Origin: Bradymonadales bacterium
GTDB lineage: Bacteria > Bdellovibrionota > UBA2394
Length of the DNA: 51,511 nucleotides
Reading direction: 5' to 3'
NCBI GenBank assembly: GCA_007693605.1
Contig: REDG01000057.1
Location: 1-51,511 of the forward strand
Positions 29,939 to 38,298 of this stretch are shown here, piece after piece. Position numbers and translations under genes: made by a program. Positions within the stretch are counted from its first letter, which is position 1, and each line of letters starts with the position of its first letter. The notes below the pieces were generated by a model. The model was not told where the DNA came from. It saw only the letters and a program-made list of their open reading frames with translations, and did not search any database.

Positions 29939-31372
29939 TCATCGTGACTGTAAGATGCGAGAGATGATCTGATCTTCAATTCGAGACCAGCGCGCCAGAT
30001 CACAGCTCGTACAATTTAAAAACAGAGCCATTGCCAAGCGCCCTTCTGTCGGGTGCTCTAGATATCCTGCAATACTTCTGACATTCGCCAAAGATCCTGT
30101 CTTCAACCGCCCCTTAAAACTGTGCTGAGGCAATCTTGTTCGAGTCGTGCCGTCTAATCCCAAGATTGCGAGAGTCGAAAGAAACTCCGGAAAGTAATCC
30201 CTCTCTCCCATCCTCGACAAAAACGAGGTCATGGATGAGGTCTTCACTCTTGAGCTTCGTGACAACCCAGAGGCGTTCTCTAAACGAAAGTCTTCATCTT
30301 TGAGACTCCAACTCGACAGACAGGCAGACAAAAGCCGTTGTGACTTTTCAAGACTTGCAGGCAATCCGAAGCGATTCGCCCCCGCGGCCAAGAGCGCCAT
30401 TTCTGAGCCGAAATTCGTCGAAAGCTTGTTGATATCCACTAGGAGCCGACTGATATCTGTCGACCGATGAGTCCAAAGACTTGTCGCGTTTACACGAGAG
30501 TTGCTGAAAGCGAACTCCCCATTCCACTGAACACCCAAAAGCTCTAAGTTGTACTTCAAAAGCCGAGCAAAACTCTCGTAGGGATTCACCAATGAGCGGT
30601 AGTAGGCCCGCACTTGGTCAGAACGGCCGATCTGACCCGAAAGAATGAGTTTAGCCTCTGTCGGGCGATAGTCTAATCGAGTCCGACTCCCGTTGAGTCG
30701 GCCGTTGATCATCGTCAGCCGATTGGTGACTTCTAGCTCGATGGCTTGATGAGGAATGACACTCACCCGAGGCCTCGGCTCTTGCGGATAAATCCAGACA
30801 GAGAAGGCGTTGTGATTGATGGGAGCCGCCGTCGCTGGCGCGCTAAAGGCTCTTCCAAGATCTCCCTCAAAGCCTTCAAAAATCTGAAGGCTCGGCCGCC
30901 CAAGATAACTCACATCAAAAACAAGCTTTCCTGTAATCTCTTTGATTCCGAAAACATGTCTTAACTTCTCAGAAGCCATCTTTAGATCTTCAATCACAAA
31001 ACTAAAGTCTCCACTCCCCCGCAGGACAAGATCTCCCTGAAGCTTTCCCTCTGCCGACAAAGAGCCGCGATAAGCCCACTCCGTCTCAAAGCGAAAATCG
31101 GGGCCGAGTTCTTCAAGAGTGCAAGCGGATGAAACCAGTTTGGCCACACTGGCCGGACTGAACAACTGTGCTGAGCGAATCGAGACCAATTCGTCTCCGT
31201 TCATTCGCCTGAGCGAAAAGGAAGCGTTTTCGCCATAGGGGCTGAGCGCAGAGGAAACCGCCCGAAGCAGTTCGTTCGCCTTGAAGCCTGACTCGGCCCC
31301 CTCAGAATAGACATCCTTCGACAAAAGACTCCACAAACAGAGCCCCACCAATCCCGCAATCGAGTTCCTCAT
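29939..31372 (-). CDS. dacB: D-alanyl-D-alanine carboxypeptidase/endopeptidase PBP4
   Basis: PASVAK (SxxK), STN (SxN), ENASGLSR, KTG; peptidase S13 layout. Confidence 0.92.
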   Translation of the reverse strand: MRNSIAGLVGLCLWSLLSKDVYSEGAESGFKANELLRAVSSALSPYGENASFSLRRMNGDELVSIRSAQLFSPASVAKLVSSACTLEELGPDFRFETEWAYRGSLSAEGKLQGDLVLRGSGDFSFVIEDLKMASEKLRHVFGIKEITGKLVFDVSYLGRPSLQIFEGFEGDLGRAFSAPATAAPINHNAFSVWIYPQEPRPRVSVIPHQAIELEVTNRLTMINGRLNGSRTRLDYRPTEAKLILSGQIGRSDQVRAYYRSLVNPYESFARLLKYNLELLGVQWNGEFAFSNSRVNATSLWTHRSTDISRLLVDINKLSTNFGSEMALLAAGANRFGLPASLEKSQRLLSACLSSWSLKDEDFRLENASGLSRSSRVKTSSMTSFLSRMGERDYFPEFLSTLAILGLDGTTRTRLPQHSFKGRLKTGSLANVRSIAGYLEHPTEGRLAMALFLNCTSCDLARWSRIEDQIISRILQSR

Positions 31373-31468
31373 AGGGCCGATACTAGCAAAAAGCGAATCA
31401 AAACACAGTATTGGATTTGAAGGGCCTTGTAGATTTACAAGCTGAAAAAAGACTTTTATGGTCCGCCT

Positions 31469-32194
31469 ATGCCTCGAATTGACGGACGATCAGCAAACGA
31501 CCTAAGACCCATTCGATTTATTCCCGGAGTTCAGCGCGATCCACTCGGTAGTGTGCTGGTGGAGTGGGGAGACACCAAGGTGATCTGCTCGGCCAGTGTG
31601 GATGAAAAGCTCCCTCCTTGGATGCAAGGTCAGAATCGTGGCTGGATCACTGCCGAATACAGCATGCTCCCCGGAAGTTCAGATCGAAGAATTCAACGAG
31701 AACGGGCCCGAAACAGTGGCCGCACCCAAGAAATTCAGCGCCTGATTGGCAGGAGCCTGCGAGCCTGTATTCAACTCGAAAATTTGGGACCAAGAACCAT
31801 CATTTTTGATTGTGATGTGTTGCAAGCCGACGGGGGGACTCGAGTGGCATCGATCACCGGATCTTATCTAGCCCTCCGGTTGGCCTTAGCCAAACTGGTC
31901 GAGTTGAATCGGCTCAAAACCCTCCCGCCGACGAATATGTTGGCCGCAATCTCTGTTGGCAAACTCTCTGGAGAGTGCTTGTGCGATTTGAACTACCACG
32001 AGGACGCTCGGGCAGAAGTAGACGCTAATGTGGTCATGAACGATCGCGGGGAGTTTATCGAAATGCAGGCGACGGCAGAAGACGGAGCCTTTCGCTTGGA
32101 GGAGTGGAATCAACTTTTAGAGAGCGCTCAAGCCGCTTGCCGGCAAATCTTTCAGATCCAAAAGAAAACTCTGGAGGACTGGAAGCTCGAATGA
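31469..32194 (+). CDS. rph: Ribonuclease PH
   Basis: GWITAEYSMLP, SGRTQEIQRLIGRSLR, DCDVLQADGGTR. Confidence 0.97.
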   Translation: MPRIDGRSANDLRPIRFIPGVQRDPLGSVLVEWGDTKVICSASVDEKLPPWMQGQNRGWITAEYSMLPGSSDRRIQRERARNSGRTQEIQRLIGRSLRACIQLENLGPRTIIFDCDVLQADGGTRVASITGSYLALRLALAKLVELNRLKTLPPTNMLAAISVGKLSGECLCDLNYHEDARAEVDANVVMNDRGEFIEMQATAEDGAFRLEEWNQLLESAQAACRQIFQIQKKTLEDWKLE

Positions 32195-32814
32195 TCGTTC
32201 TTGCGAGCCTGAATGAAGGCAAGATTCGGGAGTTCAAATCTCTTTTAGGCCCAAAGCTTCTTTCAATTTTTGACTTAGACCCCAAGTTTCAGCTGCCCGA
32301 AGAAACTGGGGGCAGCTATCACGAAAATGCTTATCTGAAGGCGAGAGCGGTGGCTGAAAGATTCAAGCTTCCGAGTCTTGCAGATGATTCTGGATTTGAA
32401 GTGGAAGCCTTGGGGGGCAGGCCTGGCCTCTACTCTGCACGATACGGCGGAAAAGAATTGAGTTTCTCTGAGAGAATTGAGCTTCTATTGAATGAGATGA
32501 AAAATGTCACAGATCGTAAGGCGGCCTTTGTCTGCGTTCTTTGCCTTGTGCTGCCTGAATCATTCGAGCCAGAATATTTCGAGGGGCGGGTTCAGGGACG
32601 GCTTCTTCTCGAAGCCCGTGGAAGCATGGGCTTTGGTTACGATCCTGTTTTTCAAGCGAATTCAATGGATAAAAGTTTCGCCGAAATTTCAGAAGAACTC
32701 AAAAGTCAGATCTCTCACCGAGCCAAGGCTATCGAAGCAGCGAACTCGAGGATTCAAGACTTGATCGCATCTGCGCCATCAGCTGCTCAATCTGGTCTCG
32801 ATCATTCGCACTAA
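32191..32814 (+). CDS. rdgB: Non-canonical purine NTP pyrophosphatase (HAM1/RdgB)
   Basis: ATG 32191 overlaps the rph stop; ASLNEGK, ENA..KA, ADDSG, PGLYSAR, GFGYDP, SHR. Confidence 0.95.
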   Translation: MIVLASLNEGKIREFKSLLGPKLLSIFDLDPKFQLPEETGGSYHENAYLKARAVAERFKLPSLADDSGFEVEALGGRPGLYSARYGGKELSFSERIELLLNEMKNVTDRKAAFVCVLCLVLPESFEPEYFEGRVQGRLLLEARGSMGFGYDPVFQANSMDKSFAEISEELKSQISHRAKAIEAANSRIQDLIASAPSAAQSGLDHSH

Positions 32815-34720
32815 CATCCAAACGAAGATAGCCTTCAAAAGACTCGATCGCTTTGGGGAAATCTCTTGAATAAAAGTGAACCAAACCTAGACTTCGATAG
32901 ATTTGAGAGTTGGCCTTATCGAGAGCCCTTGCCGCCTCAAAACTCTCTCTCGCCTCATGGTAACGCCGAGTATGAAAAAAGGCATTTCCTAGATGTAGAT
33001 GAGCAGACAAATGATCGGGGTCAAGCTCGATCAAGCTTTCAAACTTTTTGATGGCCTCAAGGTATTGAGACTGCCGTAGATGGGCGGCCCCCTGTCGATA
33101 CAGCATCGAGATCATGGCTTGCCTTGCAATCTCCTCTTGAGAAGGCTCGTCTGCCTTCAGTTCAGTCGGAGACGGCAGTCTTTGGCTTTGCAACTCATTG
33201 GGCTTCGCAGCTCCTGGCTCGATGGCTTCGTCCGCTGGCACCGGATCAGCCGGAACTGAAGCGACTTCAGTCGTCGAATCTTCTGTCGAAGAGCGTTCTT
33301 GTGAGAGTTCCGTCTTAGGCTCTCCTGTTGAAGACGGAAGTCTCTCGCTAGTTTGATCACTCACCAACAAGTCTTCGATGGACTTGGGGGCCAGGCCTGC
33401 TGGCGGAAGATCGAGAGGGCGCAGACCATATTCAGAGTCAAGTCGATCAATAGAGACCAAAGAGGCTCGGGCAAAGTCTCTCGTATTAAAGTATCCGACA
33501 AAGGCAAAGACAAGAGCCAGCACGGCAACGAAAGAGACGATGGCCGTCGGACGCGATTGAGAATTCAAACGAAGAAATCCAAAAGCTCGACTCTTAAAAT
33601 CGATTTTCTTGGTGACTTCACTCTCTTCGCGACGGGGAGCTTCATCAAAAACTTGAAGCGAAAGGCTTTCTGACTCAGAGAGGGTGGTAGTTGGAATCTC
33701 GAACACTCCGTCCGCAGCCCAGATATTATCGTCCACAGGGGCGCGGTTCTTCTCTATCAAATCGATCTCTGCACCAGAGAGGGCCTGCTCGATCTCAGAC
33801 CGACGAAAAACTTCTGTGTCATGCAGTTCGGCCGTCTTTTGGTTTCCAATCGGGCTCGTCTGAAAATAGCGAAGAGCCAGAAAGTTGATAAAGCTCTTAA
33901 CAAAGTCCTCAAAACCGAGTGCTTTTGACATAGGAAGCTCAATGAAGATCTCCCTTTCTCCAAAAATCCACTCTAAAGAACTGCCTCCCTTTCGCTCCTC
34001 AAACTCTGTCTGAAAGTAACGATCAGATTTCAAAATTCTTGGCTGGTTGAGACAGCGATTAAACTCTATGGGGTCCTTAAAATAGAGATCATTTAACAGA
34101 CTCACCTTTGGCAGGCGAAAGAAGGGGGAATCAATCTTAAGGCTCCATTGATTCAAGCAATTGGGACAGGTCACTTGAATCGTCTGCGCATCTACGACCT
34201 CCGCATCGCCAGCGAAGACGCTCTTGCAGGCAAAACACTCAATCTCTCCGGATAACATGGACAAAGCGGGATGGTCATGGGCCTCCATAAGACCCTGCTC
34301 TCGAACGACCCACTCCAGTTCGACAAACTTTCGGTGCTGCCTGGAGCCAGCAATGGGAATCTCGACGGTCTGAGCAATGCGCCAGAAGCTTTCAAAGAGA
34401 AAGCCTCGGCTCTGAGGAATTCGAAGGGGAATGTAACAGGTGTTCGTATCAAAATTACCCGTGGAAAGCTCGACCAGGGCGCGAAAGCGAAGGAAATCTG
34501 CACTCTTTAGCCCACACTCTTGGAAAAAGGACTCAACCGGATGACAAGCGATATCCGTAATCGTTTTGGTGCTGGTTTTGTCATCTGAAGACTGGCTCAT
34601 CCTTCCACAAAAACACTTCAACAACTGTGCCATCAAAGAGAGCTCAGAATCCCCCAATGGAGCTTCATATCGGGGGTCCCAAACCCAACTCTGCAAAAAC
34701 TGCAGGCCAATCTGACCCAA
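32729..34720 (-). CDS. Bitopic protein: zinc-ribbon, TM helix, P/E-rich linker, C-terminal TPRs
   Basis: CFAC...CPNC; TM AIVSFVAVLALVFAFVGYF; about 3-4 TPRs; start uncertain. Confidence 0.75.
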   Translation of the reverse strand: MGQIGLQFLQSWVWDPRYEAPLGDSELSLMAQLLKCFCGRMSQSSDDKTSTKTITDIACHPVESFFQECGLKSADFLRFRALVELSTGNFDTNTCYIPLRIPQSRGFLFESFWRIAQTVEIPIAGSRQHRKFVELEWVVREQGLMEAHDHPALSMLSGEIECFACKSVFAGDAEVVDAQTIQVTCPNCLNQWSLKIDSPFFRLPKVSLLNDLYFKDPIEFNRCLNQPRILKSDRYFQTEFEERKGGSSLEWIFGEREIFIELPMSKALGFEDFVKSFINFLALRYFQTSPIGNQKTAELHDTEVFRRSEIEQALSGAEIDLIEKNRAPVDDNIWAADGVFEIPTTTLSESESLSLQVFDEAPRREESEVTKKIDFKSRAFGFLRLNSQSRPTAIVSFVAVLALVFAFVGYFNTRDFARASLVSIDRLDSEYGLRPLDLPPAGLAPKSIEDLLVSDQTSERLPSSTGEPKTELSQERSSTEDSTTEVASVPADPVPADEAIEPGAAKPNELQSQRLPSPTELKADEPSQEEIARQAMISMLYRQGAAHLRQSQYLEAIKKFESLIELDPDHLSAHLHLGNAFFHTRRYHEARESFEAARALDKANSQIYRSLGLVHFYSRDFPKAIESFEGYLRLDVSANDRDQIEQLMAQMRSSLESSSSLLR

Positions 34721-34852
34721 ACTGCGGCCAGTGAGCTTATCTACCCGAACTTTTTTCAGCCGGGGTCAGCCGGGGTCGGGAGACGGAAGTGCCAGACTAG
34801 TGGTCCAACCGGTAAATTGTTTCATTTTCTCAACTGCCACTCCCTCATTCCT

Positions 34853-35042
34853 CCCCAAAAAGTTAAAATAAGTTTTTAGGGGACTTATTTTTACTTTTTG
34901 GGGGACGGGCCCACCTATCGCATTGAGGCCTCAAACTGATTACCGCAGCGGAAGTGATTTTTTTGACAAATGAGATGTCGGTGCAGCTGTATTTCATAGA
35001 AAACAAAATGAGTTTTTAAGGGACTCATTTTGTTTTTTGGGG
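34853..35042. repeat. Pair of homologous AT-rich hairpins
   Basis: 34853-34903: 21-bp stem (1 mismatch), loop TTTTAGGGG; 35000-35036: perfect 14-bp stem, loop TTTTAAGGG; both end in a T-run then GGGGG. Confidence 0.8.
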
Positions 35043-35324
35043 GTTCGATCAGCTCAACTTAATCTCCAGAAAATATTCTATTTTTTTGTTGACGGGTTTT
35101 TCCAAGCACTATTTTTGTTCTCGCAAATCAAATCAGAATGCTGGCTTTAATCGCCATGTATTTCGCTCTGAAAGCTCAGTCTTAGTCTGGAATAAAAAAA
35201 TTTAAGTGAGTTGCAGTGCGGCCTATAGAGCGAAGATACGGCAGCCAAAAAAGTCCATGTTATGCTCAAGCCTATGAAAGATATGAACTCTGAAAAAACA
35301 TTTGTTGAAGGCCGAAGACTTCCC

Positions 35325-36455
35325 ATGAATTTGGAGACACTAGCCTCAAAAGACCTGCTTCTTTATACGCAAAAACTTGCAGCCTCAGAGAGAAAAATCT
35401 ATGCCGCCGTCATCGAGGCCCTAGAAGAAATCGAGAGAAGAAAGCTCTATCTTGCCAAGGGCTACTCTTCTCTTTTTCTGTTTTGTACAGAAGTCTTAAA
35501 GTATTCCTCCGGAGCAGCGCAAAGAAGAATCGAAAGTATGCGGCTGATTAAGAATTTCCCGAGGGCTCAGAAGACAGAAGTTAAGACTAAACTCCAGAAT
35601 GGAAGCTTGAGTCTTTCGCATTTGAGCCAAGTCTCTAAGGCCCTCCGCTCACTTCCGCCCCAGAGTTGTCACGAAAAAATGCAGTTGCTGTCTGAGGTTG
35701 AAAACACCACTCAAAGGGAGTGTGAGCGAAAATTGATCGAGGCGGGGGTGCCAGAGATTAAGAAAAGAGAAGATTTTCGAGTGGCTTCCAAATCCAGCTA
35801 TCGACTATCGATCACAGTAGATGAAGAGACCAAGAAACTATTAGAGAAATTCATGGGCCTAACGGCTCATCAGAACCCTTGGGCGAGTCGAGAGAAAGCC
35901 TTAAAGATTGCCCTGAAGTTAGCTCTTCAAGAAGTGGAGAAGAGAAAGTTTGGAGTGAGAGGGAATAGGAAGGGGGAGAAATCTAGAAATTTGACGACTT
36001 CCAAAGCGGAAGTCATAAGGGCTGCCAGAAAGAAGAAAGCTTCTGAAGTTGCTTCCGCTACGGAAGTTGTTTCTACCGCGGACAAGAAAAAAGTAATCGT
36101 ACAGCCTAGAAGCAATCGAAGTCGGCATATTCCAACGTCTGTTCGAGCTGAGGTTTGGGAGAGAGATGGCGGGGCTTGTGTTTTTGTGGAACCAAAGACG
36201 GGGAGGGCTTGTCGGTCGAGTTTTGGCTTGGAGTGGGACCATGTATGGGAGTTTTCGAGAGGTGGAGAGTCGAGCGAGGCGAATCTTCGGCTGCTTTGCC
36301 GACAGCACAATATTCAGCGGACTCGCTGGGAGAGGGAAATTTTAGAAAACCAAGTGAATCCTTCGTCAATTCGGACAAAGGAGTCTCAAGAATTAAGCAA
36401 AACTCAAAACTCTAGAACTAGTTTTGAGTTTTGGGTGCCGGAGTTGAGAAGTTGA
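35325..36455 (+). CDS. HNH endonuclease with helical N-terminal domain (DUF222-like/Bdellovibrionota multi-copy type)
   Basis: N-terminal ERRKLYLAKGYSSLFLFC..L.YS.GAAQRRI; C-terminal RHIP..VR..VWERDGGAC-x10-C..EWDH..GG..NLRLLCRQHN; likely start 35325 (ORF open from 35262). Confidence 0.9.
   Translation: MNLETLASKDLLLYTQKLAASERKIYAAVIEALEEIERRKLYLAKGYSSLFLFCTEVLKYSSGAAQRRIESMRLIKNFPRAQKTEVKTKLQNGSLSLSHLSQVSKALRSLPPQSCHEKMQLLSEVENTTQRECERKLIEAGVPEIKKREDFRVASKSSYRLSITVDEETKKLLEKFMGLTAHQNPWASREKALKIALKLALQEVEKRKFGVRGNRKGEKSRNLTTSKAEVIRAARKKKASEVASATEVVSTADKKKVIVQPRSNRSRHIPTSVRAEVWERDGGACVFVEPKTGRACRSSFGLEWDHVWEFSRGGESSEANLRLLCRQHNIQRTRWEREILENQVNPSSIRTKESQELSKTQNSRTSFEFWVPELRS
36398..36433. terminator. 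Perfect 14-bp inverted repeat at the HNH/oxidoreductase tail-to-tail overlap
   Basis: CAAAACTCAAAACT-ctagaact-AGTTTTGAGTTTTG; function inferred only. Confidence 0.4.
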
Positions 36456-37435
36456 TAGGCGGTTTGAACTTCGGAGGCCGAGAAGACTTTCGAGATTTTT
36501 AGTCTCAGGCTCTTCTCTCTTGCCCAATCGATCGCTTCTTGAAAGTGCTGAAGGCTCCCCATGGTGGAGCCCAAGATTTGAAGCTGACGAAAAAACAGAT
36601 GCCGAAGATCCAGTCGAGCTTCAAACCCAGAGGTGGCCCCACAACTCACCAAGCGACCGCCGGTTTCTAACAGGCGAATATTGGTTTCAAAGGAGGCCTC
36701 GCCAATATGATCGAAAATTCGCGCAAATTTTCTGCCCTTAAGTTTCTCCTTTAAGTCCGAACCCATTCCCGAGTGAAAGCTCTGCACCTGAAGCCCTCGA
36801 CCCTCCCAAGGCCTCAACTTTTCTTCAGCGCGAGAAGTCACGAATAATTCTTTGACCCCAAAAGAAATCAAAAGCTCCAAAATGGCATGAGTGACTCCGC
36901 TGCCAGCGCCGTGAACCAAAACAGGGCCCAAAGACGAGTCCTGTTCGTCGGGTCGAATTCCCGCTTTCTCCACAATCATCTGCCAAGCCGTCAATAGAGC
37001 GAGCGGTAGTGCCGCCCCCTCCTCATCACTCAAATGCTCCGGACAAAACACCAGCTCTTTCTCATGAAGAACAAGGCTCTCTTGAAACAAGCCCGATACG
37101 GCCTCCCCCCGAACGGCGAAATCTTTCTGGAGATTCTCGTTGCCCAAACCCAGCCTGCTCGTCCAAGCCGGGTAGGCGAGAACTCGATCTCCCAAAAGAA
37201 ATTTCGAAGACCGAGTTTCGACCACCTTGGCACAAATGTCAGCCCCCGCAATATGAGGAAACTTCATTTTTAAATGGGGCAAGCCGCGAATGACCCACAG
37301 GTCGAGATGGTTTAGGCCTCCGGCTAAAAGCTTGAGTCGAACTTCTCCCTCCTTTAAGTCAGCCTCGTCGAGATCCAAACTTTCATATCGAATCTTGTCG
37401 ACAGAACCCGTCTCCGTAAAAAAAACGGCCTTCAC
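36404..37435 (-). CDS. MDR-family (quinone oxidoreductase-like) dehydrogenase
   Basis: GLNHLDLW, PHIAGAD, LTAWQM, VHGAGSGV, CGATSG, ILGSTMG; structural Zn cysteines absent. Confidence 0.88.
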   Translation of the reverse strand: MKAVFFTETGSVDKIRYESLDLDEADLKEGEVRLKLLAGGLNHLDLWVIRGLPHLKMKFPHIAGADICAKVVETRSSKFLLGDRVLAYPAWTSRLGLGNENLQKDFAVRGEAVSGLFQESLVLHEKELVFCPEHLSDEEGAALPLALLTAWQMIVEKAGIRPDEQDSSLGPVLVHGAGSGVTHAILELLISFGVKELFVTSRAEEKLRPWEGRGLQVQSFHSGMGSDLKEKLKGRKFARIFDHIGEASFETNIRLLETGGRLVSCGATSGFEARLDLRHLFFRQLQILGSTMGSLQHFQEAIDWAREKSLRLKISKVFSASEVQTAYQLLNSGTQNSKLVLEF

Positions 37436-38298
37436 GAAACTTCACCTAGAGTCGTTTTGAGTGAGCCCGACCTAAAGATAAAGTGATAGGCCAAGAGGGC
37501 CGCGAATCTGGCGGAGTCTTCGGTTGCTGGATCCAATGAGGGTGCGACTTCATATAAGCCCATCCATTGAGAGCGCTCCGAAAATTCACGAACAGCATCA
37601 AGAACCGCCTTCGTCGACAAGCCGACAAGGGTCGGCGCAGAAACCCCACGGATGACAGCCACGGCATCAAGACAAATCGATAAGCCCACCGGACCATCAA
37701 TTTTTGGGCAGGCTTCCTCCCAAGAATGAATCTGAACCCCCCGTTCTCTGCAAAAGTCTAAATGAGACTGGGCACTGCATTGCCACTGAATCCCCCACTG
37801 GATCAGTTTTTTCCCCTCGAACTCCTGAAGAAGCCGATAAAAGGCTGTGCCGGAAGTCACGCGAGACTCATCTAACTCCCGCACATCCAGATGGGCATCA
37901 CAGTTCAAGACCCTGCCATCCCGAACGAACTTCAAATAGTTCGAAGCGTCTGGGTAACCATAATCATGCCCCCCGCCCAGAGAGATTACTCGAAAGCCCC
38001 TTTCAAGGGCCACATGACTCCAACGAGCGGCCTCTTCGTGTCGATCTAAAACTCGGGCTCCCTTCAGTTTATCTTGCAAAACAAAAATCTGAGGCGCTGA
38101 ATCACTCGATCGCCAACAGGCCTTCTCTAAATATTTCAAGATGGCAGCGGGCCCCTCGGCTGCGCCGGGCCTTCCAGAGTTGTTCCGAACACCCTCATCA
38201 TCGGGATAACACAGAATGACAACAGCATTCTCGGCAGAGGCCGGAAGATCTTGAAGCGATACTCTCTTCAGATGCTCCCGCAACCTTGGATCTTTCAT
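37432..38298 (-). CDS. hutG: Formimidoylglutamase (arginase family)
   Basis: DEGVRNNSGRPGAAEGP, LGGGHD, NCDAHLDVR, SGTAF, SICLD, GVSAP. Confidence 0.85.
   Translation of the reverse strand: MKDPRLREHLKRVSLQDLPASAENAVVILCYPDDEGVRNNSGRPGAAEGPAAILKYLEKACWRSSDSAPQIFVLQDKLKGARVLDRHEEAARWSHVALERGFRVISLGGGHDYGYPDASNYLKFVRDGRVLNCDAHLDVRELDESRVTSGTAFYRLLQEFEGKKLIQWGIQWQCSAQSHLDFCRERGVQIHSWEEACPKIDGPVGLSICLDAVAVIRGVSAPTLVGLSTKAVLDAVREFSERSQWMGLYEVAPSLDPATEDSARFAALLAYHFIFRSGSLKTTLGEVS

Noticed and set aside
32104..32190. N-terminal extensions in the ORF track for rdgB (also pepP 39663-39749 and the mutase 42732-42875)
   Set aside because: They overlap neighbouring genes or lack homology; downstream ATGs fit the family N-termini better.
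34757..34777. Tandem CAGCCGGGGT x2
   Set aside because: A single 10-nt duplication with no further copies; most likely slippage.
34853..35042. Possible CRISPR array
   Set aside because: Only two non-identical units, a spacer of about 95 nt, and no cas genes in the window.
35325..36455. IscB/Cas9-like nuclease
   Set aside because: No PLMP N-terminus or split RuvC motifs; the HNH domain is C-terminal and alone.
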